Below are positions 34,001-46,790 of a stretch of 64,000 nucleotides of DNA, one piece after another. Position 1 is the first letter of the stretch, and every line of letters begins with the position of its first letter. Below the pieces are notes generated by a model, which was given only the letters and a program-made list of their open reading frames with translations, was not told where the DNA came from and searched no databases. This DNA is from the human T2T-CHM13v2.0 reference genome, Homo sapiens. Where the stretch lies: NCBI RefSeq assembly GCF_009914755.1, contig NC_060932.1; one strand, given 5' to 3'. The translations under genes were made by a program, and so were the position numbers.

Positions 34001-35792
34001 TGGGATTCCTCCAGCCCCAGCAAGTCCCTCAGGTGGTCCCAGCCTCTGTGTCCGCCTCTGCTCTCCCAGAGCGCCTCAGGCAGAGCAGCCAGGATGGGGA
34101 CCAGGCCCGCCTTACCGGGAATGAGCCTGTCACCTGCTCCTCCCACCCCGCAGCAGGTACGTCTGTCATCAGCACCCACCTTACAGCTGAGGTCACTGAG
34201 GCTCAGCGAGCGCGTGGCCAATCTACAGGGCCCCTCTTCTCTCCTCCAGGGAAAAGAGGGTGCGGTCCTACTGCCGCCTGGTGACCCAGGCCTGGCTGGG
34301 ATGGAGACCGGGGCTGGTGGGCTGGACGAGAGTGGCAGGAGGTCTCTCCAGACAGTCCCCAACCCCCAGGCTCCCCACCTATCCCCAGGCTTCCCTCCGT
34401 CAGCCTTCCCACCCCCTAGCCCCTCTCCTCACCCCACGAGCCTGTTGGGGAGGGGCCGCTCAGAGGAGAAGGACTCCCAGGGTGTGGGGTCTGGCCATGC
34501 TCACCTGCCTCTCACCTGATGCCATGTTCAGGTTCCCGTGGACCTGTGGCTGCTTGGAGAGGCCGGGGGTCACAGATGGCGCCAGGACACTGTGGTGAGG
34601 AGTGAGTGTGCTGCCCTGGGGGCAGAGCCTGGACAGGGCCAGTGGCTGGAGGCTCCAGGACACACTCTGCCCCAGGAGGCTGCCCGGAGAGGGCCTGAGG
34701 CCCAGCTCCCAGGACGCTAGGCTGTCCTTGGGCAGGGATGCTGAGGGGTGTGTGACAGAGGAGAGAGCCCAGCATGGGGAGGGGTGACCAGGCCTGAGAG
34801 TCACAGAAGGACAAGAGAGGCCACAGGCCGTGACCAGAACCAGGGAGATTTGGGACCATCAAAGTTGGGGGTCAGGCCAGGGGTGGGAGGAGGGGCAGGG
34901 CCTGGGGGCCCAGGCCAGAGGTGCAGACATCACAGCCAACAGCTGGGGCTGAGGGTAACAGGAGGCAGAGGTGAGGGCACAGGGGCCGGACAAGGGCCAG
35001 GTAGAGGGTGGGGGCCAGGGTGAGGGGTGGGGGCCACTTCCTGGGGATGCAGAGAGCAGAGCTGTCCAGGCTGGGGAGGGGGACTTGGTGCCAGGTTGCC
35101 CTTCACCCTCCTTCAGTCTCAATAAAGTCACTAATTAGCATCCTGACCACTCAATTAGTTAGGCTGTATGCACTTAATTATGACAGAGTACACCGGTGGG
35201 GGCAGGCAGTGCCATCAGCTCCTCCAGCCCCAGGAGCCAGGGTTTATTGACCAGAAAAGACATATGAGACTGTGGCCCGCAGCCCTGCTTCCTGATGCGG
35301 GGCAGGGTGAGCGGAGGGGTAGGGAGGCAGGCGGGAAGACCCCCACCCTGAGCGTCTACAGGGGTTCCCATATCTTCTGCTCAGCTCCCCCAGGCCCCTG
35401 GGAGGGAGTCCTCCCCACTCCACACCTTTGGCCTCTGACTTCCACCTGTACCTGCCTCTTTCTCTCAGACTGCGATTACCTGAAGGGGTCCAGGCAGGGT
35501 GGGTTCATGGCCTGGTGCCTCCAAGTGAAGGCCACACCACTTCCCAGCCCTTTGCTCCTGGGGCCTGGAGCAGATGTGTCTGAGTCAGCTTCTCTTTGTA
35601 GCCTCTGTCGGGCTGACAGTGACTTCAGGAATGCTCTCCTCCTGCCGCACTCTGGACCTGTTGGCCATGCTGTTCAACTTAGCAAATGTTCTTCCTCACC
35701 GCCAACCACAGTGGCCAGGTGCAAGTCCCTCTTGGACAACCTCAGCCCTGGATACACCGCCTTATTTACCACTTCGTGAGCAAAAATAGTCC

Positions 35793-35993
35793 TTTTTTTT
35801 AAATGGGGTCTCCTTCTGTTGACCAGGCTGGAGTGCAGTGGCGCAATCACAGTTCACTGTAGCCTGACCTCCTGGGCTCAAGCGATCTTCCCCTCAGCCT
35901 CCCAAGTAACTAGGACTACAGGTGCATACCACCATGCCCAGCTAATATTGTTTATTTTGTGTAGAGACAGGGTCTAGCTATGTTGCTCAGGCT
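35793..35993 (-). mobile_element. AluJ-like, truncated
   Basis: Antisense right arm plus part of the left arm. Confidence 0.88.
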
Positions 35994-36100
35994 TGACCTT
36001 TAGTTTTTCTCAGAATTTCAAGAGGTTGTGTCTTATCTGCCAACAGATCATGCAACCAGCAAGGCTCTGGTCCAAGTAGGAACGGATGGTAAACTGGGCA

Positions 36101-38642
36101 GTGATGATGGTGGAGATGGTGGTGGTGGTGATGATGATGACAATGATAATGATGATGGTGATGGCAGTGGTGGTAGTGGTGATGGTGCTGGTGGTGCTGG
36201 TGATATGATGATGGCAGTGATGGTAGTGATAATAGTGATGATAATGTGATGGTAGTGATGGTGGTGGCAGTAATAGTGATGGTGATGGTGGCAGAGAGGG
36301 TGGTGACAGTGATGTCAGTGGTAATGGTGGTGGTGATGGTAATGGTGATGGTGGTGGTGGTGATGATGGTGGTGATAGTGGTAGTGATGGTGTGGTGGAA
36401 ATGATGGCTGTGATCGTGATGATGATGGTAGTGATGGTTACAATGATAGTGGTGGTAGTGGTGGTGATGGCAATGATGGTATTGATGGTGATGGTGGTGG
36501 TGGTGGTAGTGATGGTGGTGGTGGTAGATGGTGGCAGTGAAGACGGTGGTAATGGTAGATGGTGGCAGTGAAGATGGTGGTAATGATGGTAATGGTGATA
36601 GTGGTGCTGGTGGTGATGGTGATGGTGGTGGTGGTGGTGGTAGTGATGGTGATGATGATGGTGATAGTGATGGTGGTGGTGGTGGTAGTGGTGGTGAGTG
36701 GCTGTCATGGCAGTGATGGTGATGATGATGGTGGTGGTGGTGATGGTGGATGATGATATAGATGATGATGGTAGTGGTGCTAGTGATAGTGGTGGAGGTG
36801 GTGATGGTGGTGGTGGTAGTGATGGTGATGATGGTGATAGTGCTGGTGGTGGTGGTAGTGATGGTGATAGTGATGGTGGTGGTGGTAGTAGTGGTGGTGG
36901 GTGGCTGTCATGGCAGTGATGGTGATGATGGTGGTGGTGGTGATGGTGGATGATGATATAGATGATGATGGTAGTGGTGGTAGTGATAGTGGTGGAGGTG
37001 GTGATAGTGGTGGTGGTGGAGATGGTGGTGATAGTGACAATGGTGGTAGCGGTGGTGATGGCAATGATGGTTGTGATGGTGATGGTTGTGGTGGCAGTGA
37101 TGGTGTTGGTGGTGGTAGTGATGGTAATGGTGATAGTGGTAATGGTGGTAGCAGTGATGATGATGGTGGCAGTGATGGTGATGATGCTGGCAGTGGTGTG
37201 ATGGTGGTGGTGGTAATGGTGGTGATAGTGGTGGTGATGATAATAGTGCTGGTGGCAGTAATGATGGTGGTAGTGATGATGATAATGATGACAGTGGTGG
37301 TGGTTGTGATAATGATGTTGGTGATGGTGATGGTGATGGTGATGGTGGTGGTGGTCATGGTGGTGGTGATGCTAGTGCTGGTGGTAGTAATGATGACAGT
37401 GGTGGTTATGATGATGATGGTGATGGTGGTGGTGGAGGTGATGGTGATGATGGTGGTTGTGGTGGTAGTGGTGGTGATAGTAGATGATGATGCCGATAGT
37501 GGTGATGGTGATGGTTGTGGTGGTGGTGGTGATGGTGGTTGTGTTGATGGTGGTTGTGATGGTGATGATGATGGTGGTGGCAGTCATGGTGATGGTGGTG
37601 GTGATGGTCATGGTGTTGGTGGTGATGGTGGTGGTGTTGGTGTTGGTGGTGGTGATGGTGGTGGTGGTGGTGCTGGTGGTGGTGGTGGTGTTGGTGGTGG
37701 TGGTGGTGGTGGTCGTGGTGGTGGTGTTGGTGGTGATGGTGGTGGTGGTGGTGATGGTGGTGCTGGTGGTGGTGGTGGTGGTGGTGGTGATGGTCATGGT
37801 GGTGATGATGGTGGTGATGGTCATGGTGGTGGTGGTGGTGATGGTCATGGTGATGGTGGTGTTGGTGATGGTGGTGGTGGTGATGGTGGTGGTGGTCATG
37901 GTGGTCATGGTGGTGATGGTCATTGTGGTGGTGGTGATGATGATCATGGTGGTGGTTGTGATGGTCATGGTGGTGGTGGTGGTGGTGGTGGTGGTGGTGA
38001 TGGTCATGGTGGTGATGGTGGTGATGGTCATGGTGGTGGTGTTGGTGGTGGTGGTGTCATGGTGGTGGTGGTGGTGGTGTTGGTGATGGAGGTGATGGTG
38101 GTGGTGGTCATGGTGGTGGTGGTGGTGGTGGTCATGGTGGTGGTGGTGATGGTCATGGTGGTGGTGGTGGTGATGGTCATGGTGGTGGTGGTGGTGGTGG
38201 TGGTCATGGCGATGGTGGTGGTGGTGGTGGTGATGGTGGTGGTGGTGGTCGTGGTGGTGATGGTGGTGGTGGTGGTGGTGGTGGTGGTCATGGTGATGGT
38301 AGTGGTGTTGGTGGTGGTGATGGTCATGGTGGTGGTGGTGGTGGTGATGGTGGTGATGGTCATGGTGGTGATGGTGGTGATGGTGGTGATGGTGGTGGTG
38401 GTGATGGTGGTGGTGGTGGTGTTGGTGATGGTGGTGGTGATGGTCATGGTGGTGGTGATGATGGTGGTGGTGGTGGTCGTGGTGGTGGTGATGGTGATGG
38501 TGGTGGTGGTGGTGATGGTGGTGGTGGTGGTGTTGGTGGTGGTGTTGGTGATGGTGGTGGTGGTGGTGGTGATGGTCATGGTGGTGGTGGTGGTGGTGGT
38601 GGTGATGGTGGTGGTGGTGGTGGTCATGGTGATGGTGGTGAT
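36101..38642. repeat. ~2.5-kb complex (GGT/GAT/CAT/AGT)n trinucleotide repeat
   Basis: Continuous triplet periodicity; internal ~203-bp duplication (ggctgtcatggcagt at ~36700 and ~36903). Confidence 0.98.
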
Positions 38643-41373
38643 AGAGCCAAGAGGCTCTTGGGACCATATGGCTGGGACTGAAGGCAGTGTAGACACAGCT
38701 GACCCTTCATGAGGGCTCTGCCTGGCTCTAGTAGCTTCTATCCTGAAAGCCTGGTGAGTGTCTGAAGGATGGTCCCCTTGTTAAGTGAGGGCAGGCTTGT
38801 GGATTTCAGGGGCCCCAGAGGCCTGGGAGGACATTTAGTGGGGGCGGGGTCCTCACCAAAGACTCAATGGGCTCTGGAGTTCCTGTGTCTCCTGAGACCT
38901 GCGCCTGACGTCACCCTCTGGATGGCCTCTGGCCTCTACCTGGGCTGGGGTGTCCCAGGAACAGAGAAGGACCCAACTATTGTTGGGGACCCCAGCACTC
39001 TCTGTCCAACCGAGCCTGGGGCCTGGGTGGCAAATGTGGGCATTGCAAGGAGAGAGTGGCAGGACTGGGAGGAGGCCCAAGCCCTGGGTAGGGCCTGGGG
39101 GGTGCCAGGTCCACACCTCCGAGGTGGTGAGTGGTGCAGACAGCTGGTGCCTGTGGGTCCCTAACAAATGCAGCTGAGAAGTGGGCCCTCAGATGTCCAC
39201 GTGGCATAACCCTGCTGTGACTGAAGCCGCCAGCCTGGATTGAACATTCTTCAAGATTTCTGCCTTCATTTAACAAGTATGTGTGTCACTCGTGTTGTGA
39301 GCCAGGCACTCCATGCAGCCAGATCAAGGCAGGGAAGTCCCTGCCCAGGAGTACTCATGTCCCAGTAGAGACAGAGGCCACAGGGCTTGCCCTGTGAAGC
39401 CAGCAGGCCCTGGGGGCTGGCTGTGATGAGGACCTCCGAGTCCTTTGGGGAATCTGCTGCCCAAGTCAGACCCAGATGGAAGCCTGGAGCTGCCCCGCAG
39501 GAGCAGGGAGGGAGTGCTCTGTCCTGAGGTATACAGCTTTTACTAGCTCCGATGGGGTGCCTCTTGGGGTCCCCCAGCCTGGGAAAGAGGCGCCATCAGC
39601 TCTAGGAGGCTGAGAGCCTGGAGTCTTGGCCTCTGAAGGCTGCGTTTCCTGGATGGCAAAGTCCAGCAGGACCCTGGCACCAGGGGTCCTTGGGCAGGCA
39701 GTTGGTCCTAGGCAAAGAAAAAAGGGCAGAGCTGCCCTAGCTGAGAGGGTGGAAGGCCATGTGCCCCCCCCAACCACGATGGGCGCTAGGAGTCAGATAC
39801 AATTACTCTCTCAGTGTATCATAATTACTGCAAATAGCCCATTAAAGAGAAATTATCATCAATATGATATTAGCAGACAGCGGGGGAAATGAAGAAAGAA
39901 AAGTGCTTATTCTCTCATTGTCCCCTTAATGGGGACAAGGGGTGGAGAGGCAGTGGCCCCTGTTCACTGACCTCACCTCCCTGCCCACTGCATGGAGCCA
40001 CGAAGGACCCGGCAGGCTGGGAGCCAAGGCATGACCCTGGAAACAGCAGTGCAGGAAGAGCGGGTGCCATGGGTGGAGTCGGACCTGCCTCTGCCCACTG
40101 TCGGGGGCTCCGCTGTCGCCTCCCAAACCTGGCTTTAGTCCAGCTTGGGTGGCTCGGGCCTCCCTTGAGGTAGCCTCTGCTGCGCCCCCACCCCCACCGT
40201 GAACCCTCCAAGGGAAGGCCCTGGAGTAGGAGGGGTCTTGGTTCAGCCTGTCCTGAGCTTGTGGCCCTTTAAATCCTGGGAACCAGGCTCCACTAGACGT
40301 GGCCTCTGGAGCACAGGTCTCTCCCAAACATCACCAAAATGACCGAAGAGGAAGAGGGAGGTGCCGTTTGCAGGAAAGAGAGAACGGGAGTGGAGCAGCA
40401 GCCACCAGTGAGGGAAGAGGTGGCAAAGTGCTCCATGGCTGGGGTGCCTATCTTGGCAGAGTGGAGCAGATGGTGAGCCAGACGTTCAGCTGGGCCCGGG
40501 TGGGCATCCGTCAGAGCCATTAGGCCCCTCGCTGTGGCCTCTCCCAGCCACAGGGGACCCTGGGGAAACTGGGCCTGGGACCAGGCTCACTGGAGGGTGG
40601 GTATGAGGCTCTCACTGAAGATAGGGGATTGAGTGGCCATCACAAACCAAGCTCAGCCGCCTGCCCCTCCTTCTCTTAGCAATGACACCAGCAGCCCATA
40701 GTCCCCAGGCAGGAGAGCAGAGGAGCCTTCCTTGAAAAACTCAATGGCCAGAGGAAAAAGACCAGCCTCTCAAAATGATAGATTCCCCATTGCCTGGTCC
40801 TCTACAGAAAGGCCCATCTGCCGACAAGACCACTGCCACCCTCTGCCACCCTCCACCACCCTCCGCCAGGTCACCAGAATGCCAGGCCTCACTCATGATC
40901 AGCTGAGCACCAGCAGGCAGGTGAGAAGAGCCTCCAGTGTGGAGCAGGTCAACCAGCAACAGAGCCAGGGAGACCCATGGAGTCCAGAGAAAACGGTAAC
41001 AACGGCAGCAGCACCCAGAGACTGGCTCCCAGTGAGCTAAGCCCAGCCGCGACCCTTGGATGTGCCAGCTGATTTAATACTCATGATAAACCCAGTAGGT
41101 CAGTGCCAGTATTATGAGAGAAGTGAGGCACAGAATGTCACATCCACCTCCCCAAAGTCAACAGCTAGGAGTGACAGAGCCAGGATTCTGCCAGGCAGGT
41201 TGGCCTCAGAGGCCACACTTCTTATCCCAATAATAAAAGTGAACAAGAACAGGATGAAGTTAGAGTGAGAGAGCGAGAGTGGTAACACTCATGCAATCAG
41301 AGAACAAGAGAAAGCTCAATGGAAACATGTATTCACTGACAGGATTAAAACACAAAACAACAAAAAGAGAGAC

Positions 41374-41666
<293 letters not shown>

Positions 41667-41988
41667 TAGAAGGCAGGAAGGAAATATCAGAAAAATGCAG
41701 AATTGATCCAGGAGGTCCAAGTTCCAAAAGGAGTCAGAAAGAGAAAGGAGAGAAAAAGGTGGGGGATCAATGATCAAAGAACTAAACTGAGACCAGCGCC
41801 CAGAATGACAAGGCACAGGCCAGACAGCAAGGCTCACCCAAGTCCAGCACAATGCAAGTGACACGTGTGCATCACTGTGGAATTGTAGACCACTGGTGCC
41901 AAGGAGTGCCCCAAAAAACTTCCAGAGGGGGAAAAAATAGTCACATATGTCTCTCTCTCTCTTTTTTTTTTAAGGATAAAGGGAATTC

Positions 41989-42297
41989 TTTTTTTTTTTT
42001 TTGAGTCAGGGTCTTGCTGTGTTGCCCAGGCTGCAGTGCAGTGGTGTCATCATAGCTCACTGCAGCCTCTAACTCCTGGGCTCAAGCGATCCTCCAACCT
42101 CAGCCTCCTGGGTAGCTGGGACTACAAGCAAGCACCACCATGCCCAGTTAATTTTTTAATTTTTTTTGTATGGATGGGGGTCTCACTATGTTGCCCAGGC
42201 TGCAGCAGGTTGGTCTCACACTCCCGGACCCAAGTGATACTCCCACCTGGGCCTCCAAAAGAGCTGGGAATACAGGCCTGAGCCATCATGCCCAGCC
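41989..42297 (-). mobile_element. AluJ-like
   Basis: Poly-T, antisense Alu body, ends gagccatcatgcccagcc. Confidence 0.9.
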
Positions 42298-42303
42298 ACA
42301 TAC

Positions 42304-42684
42304 TGTCTCATAAAAAGGCAAAGCAACCCCCAAATGCAGAAGGAGCTGAGAAACCAAAGGAGGAGGCAGACAAATTCAGCTTGTTGTTAAAGTGTGTTTT
42401 ATGGGGGATCTTATGAACAGAAGAGTGGTCTTGGACAGCCACAAGACATATAGATCTCCACACCATAATTCCCCAGACCCAGAGGTTATATACCATAGGG
42501 AAAGGGTACATGTGCTTCAGAGGGAATGGGGAGGAATTTGATCTAAAGGCAGGACTTACAGTATATGCTCTTATGCAAGAAACAACAGATAAACTGAAAA
42601 TCTCAGAGGCATTCCTGGAACCAGTGTTAGTCAGAAGTCAGCATGGTGGATTAGCTTCCATGGTATGTTACTTTAGCCTCCACA
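42304..42684 (-). mobile_element. Solo LTR (LTR47-like; family name tentative)
   Basis: TG...CA ends with 5-bp TSD CATAC at 42299-42303 and 42685-42689; minus strand starts TGTGGAGGCTAAAGTAAC. Confidence 0.7.
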
Positions 42685-42689
42685 CATAC

Positions 42690-42950
42690 CAAGGATTAGT
42701 AGTAAAGATGGAACTGGACTTCCAGTAACCACACAGAAGCTCAAAGACAGAGTACCTTACAGATGCTGAGGAAAAGAGACTCCCAACAGCAAATTCTATA
42801 CCCAGCCAAACTATCTGTCTAGTGTGAGGAAATACTAATGACACTGTTAGATTTGTTAAATCTCAAAACACTTATCTCCCATGCATCTCTTCTGAAGAAG
42901 TATCTGAAGGATGCTCCCCTACAAGGAGAAGTCAACCAAGAAAGAGAAGG
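42690..42950 (+). mobile_element. Old L1M ORF1-end fragment (continues the A-rich segment at ~41680-41945)
   Basis: aaattctatacccagccaaactatc encodes the L1 ORF1 ILYPAKL motif. Confidence 0.65.
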
Positions 42951-43315
42951 GGGTGCCAACACAGGTGAGGCAGGAGGGGCCAGCAGGCCTGGAGAGCAGC
43001 CAGTCCAGCTGTGGCAGGAAACTGGTTGGCTCCTGCTGAAAGGTATCCAGGGAAAATGGCCTTCCTAGATTACACAATGCAAGTTTCTGTGTGGAAGCCA
43101 TGTCACGAGAGATTTCTAAAATGATTAGAGCATTTAGGAAGAATTTGTTGTTGACACATAGAAAACCAAACAAAGGAAAACCAGGAGGCAATTTTTAACT
43201 CCAGGAAAAACAAAGAAGTTGCTCAGGAAAGAGCATTTAATTATAGTATATAACGTTGTTCAGGCAAGAACAATTCTTATGTAGTCATGATAATTTAAAT
43301 ATGGAATATTTTTAA

Positions 43316-43906
<591 letters not shown>

Positions 43907-44049
43907 TAAACTAAAAATGTTCACATAGTATATAGGGAGGATGTGGGGCGGGGAAGAGCAAATGTGTAATGGAGTGAAATCCTAAACAATGCCTAAAATT
44001 AATAAATCAAGAAATAGTAATATAAACATTTTATTTAGAGATTTGGAGG

Positions 44050-44408
44050 TGTACTAGTCTGTTCTCGCACTGTAATAAATTACCAAGACTGGGTAATTTA
44101 TAAAGAAAAAGAGGTTTAATGGACTCACAGTTCCACATGGCTGGGGAGGCCTCATAATCATGGCGGAAAGTGAAGGAGGAGCAAAGGCGCGTCTTACATG
44201 GTGGCAGGCAAGAGAGCGTGTGCAGGAGAACCGCCTTTTATAAAACCATCAGATCTTGAGAGACTTATTCACTATCACGAGAACAGCACAGGAAAAACTC
44301 ACCCCCATGATTCAATTACCTCCCACTGGGTCCCTCCCATGACACATGGGGATTATGGGAGCTGCAATTCAAGATGAATTAGGGTGGGGACACAGCCGAA
44401 ACATATCA
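44050..44408 (-). mobile_element. THE1 (MaLR) solo LTR, THE1B/C-like
   Basis: Minus strand reads TGATATGTTTCGGCTGTGTCCCCACCC...ACAGACTAGTACA; 5-bp TSD GGAGG at 44045-44049 and 44409-44413. Confidence 0.93.
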
Positions 44409-45164
44409 GGAGGTTCCTGGAAGAAACAGAGTTGAAAGCAGTTATCTTGCTGAGTGGGGGACTCAGGGCATGGGCAGGAGACTGCTGAGTTTTGTTTTAC
44501 GTCTTACTACATTTGATTTATAAAAGACAGATGTGCATATATCACTTCAAAAAAACAAAACTGGATGTGGCTGATGCCAAAGTGACCTGCCCCAGAAGAG
44601 CTGCTAACAGAACAGCATCCCAGGAGGCTGCAGAAGGCTGAAGAGCAGAGCCCACACCTGCTATGGGCCACAAGAGGCCCTGGATGCCATGGAGGCCGCA
44701 AGGGCCCAGGCGGGACTTGCAGAATGAGAGTCCTAGGCCCAAGTATAGAGTCCCTGGTGGGCACAGAGGAGAGACCAGGTCAGTGGGAGGGGTTGTCAGA
44801 CCCTGTGGAGTGCCCCACCTGTGTGCCAGGCCCAGAACTGGGCTCAACTCTGATGGTAGCAGGTGGAAAGTAGACTTCACTACTGTGGGAGTGGGGGCAT
44901 TCCTGGACACAGGGGGAAACCAGCTCACAGAACAGCCTGGGGTCTTCTTGGAGGAGGCCATTTTGGCCCAGATCCTAAAGGAAGACTGGAAGCCTCAGGG
45001 GGCAGTGAGAACAGGGACAAGAGAGGGCAGGTCTCAGGACTGACTGAGCAACTCAGACTGACCTGGATCAAACTGTGGAGCCGGCGAAGGGTTTAGAGGG
45101 TTGCTGCAGGACAGTGGTGTCTGCAAAGACGCCTCTGGCTGCTGTCTGGAAAATAGACAGGGGA

Positions 45165-45260
45165 GGCTGGGCAGGGGTCTGGGCAGGGGCTGGACAGGGG
45201 TGCTGGGCAGGGGCTGGACAGGGGTGCTGGGCAGAGGCTGGACAGGGGTGCTGGGCAGGG
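45165..45260. repeat. 24-bp G-rich minisatellite GCTGGGCAGGGGCTGGACAGGGGT, ~3.5 copies
   Basis: Direct inspection. Confidence 0.88.
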
Positions 45261-45344
45261 TCAGTCCATCTCCATCCTGCTTTCCTTTTCTTTCTTTTCA
45301 ACAAATATTGATGGAGCACCTCCTCGGTGCCAGGCGCTGCTGCA

Positions 45345-46790
45345 GCCTCTAGGAAATCAACCGTGGAAACACACGGACCCTGCCCTCCCGGCGCCAGTGT
45401 TCTGGTGGTCAGGAGGTGAAGAAAACCAGCAAGAACCAGCACAGGAATCCGACGGTGGCAGCGCCGAGAGAAACAAGCTTGGAGGGGAAGGAGAGCTACA
45501 GAGGCTGCATGGGTGAGGCCAGCTTCTTGAAAATGGAGGTGTGAGATTTGAGGAGGGCTCTGGAGAGAAGAGGGAAGAGGGCCCAGGGGAGAGATGAGCA
45601 AAGGTTCGGTGGTACAAATTGAGCTCCCTCACTCCACGTTTGGAGTCATTCCACAGCTTCCTAAACCACCCACCCAGGCAACCCCATCCCCCTACCCACC
45701 CATCCACCCACCAACTCACCCCCAAACCCCCACCCACCCATCCACCCACCAACTCACCCCCAACCCCCCACCCACCCATCCTCCCACCCACCTGCCAACC
45801 CCCTACCCACCCACCCACTCATCCTCCCACCCTCCAACCCCCTACCCACACACTCACCCATCCTCCCACCCACCCTTCAGCCCCCTACCCCCCACCCACC
45901 CACTCATCCTCCCACACACCCTCCAACCCCCTACCCAGCCACCCACCCACTCATCCTCCCACCCTCCAACCCCCACCCACCCACCCACTCATCCACTGAC
46001 TCTCTAACCCCCTACCCACCCATCCACTCACTCATCCACTCTTCCCCATACCCCCCCACCCACCCACTCATCTTCCCACTCACCCCCATACCCCCTACTC
46101 ACCCACCCACTCACCAACTTACCCGCCCATCCATTCATTCACCCTCCTCCCACTCACCCACTCCCACCCATCCCCCATTCCCCCATGCCTCATCCTCCCA
46201 TCCATCCATCTACCCACTCACCTACCCAACCACTCACCCATCTACCCACTCACCCACGCACCCTTCCATCCATCCACCCACCCATCATCCACCCACTCAT
46301 CTGCCCATCCCCCCATTCCCCCACCATCCCATCCATCCATCCACCCATCCACCCATCCATCCACCCAACTGACCATCCACGTATCCACTCACCCACCTGT
46401 TCACCCACCTACACACCATTTATTCACCCACCATCAACCATCCATATATCCTTCCATCCAGCCACTATCCTCCCCTGTTCCTACCCATCCTGCTGTCTTC
46501 CTCATCTTTCTTGTCACACGTCCAGCTGTCTGTCCGTTCATCCACCCATCACCTCATATGCTCCTTTTGTTTTTACCTCTTTCACCTTTCTTCATCTTCA
46601 AATGCAGATGTGATGGTTGGAGTGGAAGCTGACATTGTGGGCCAGGAGACCCTGGGAGTACAGGCCAAGATGAAAAGAGCCTCAATCCAGAGCGTTCTGT
46701 GAAGCAGTCACCACGGCCACCCTGGGCCATCAGCTTCTGGACTTTTACAACATAGAAATTAAATTTCCATTGAATTTGTTGGAGTCATTG
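45345..46790 (+). ncRNA. MAFA-AS1: Probable two-exon lncRNA (MAFA-AS1-like); ends approximate
   Basis: Donor TGG|gtgagg after 45512; long polypyrimidine tract with tgcag| acceptor before 46608; ATTAAA at 46758-46763. Position relative to MAFA agrees with my recollection of the annotation. Confidence 0.55.
45665..46450. repeat. C-rich (CCAC/CCAT) low-complexity tract
   Basis: About 790 bp almost devoid of G on the + strand. Confidence 0.93.

Noticed and set aside
36901-38712. 603-aa and 431-aa ORFs as protein-coding genes
   Set aside because: Direct translations of a trinucleotide repeat, with no splice context or domain
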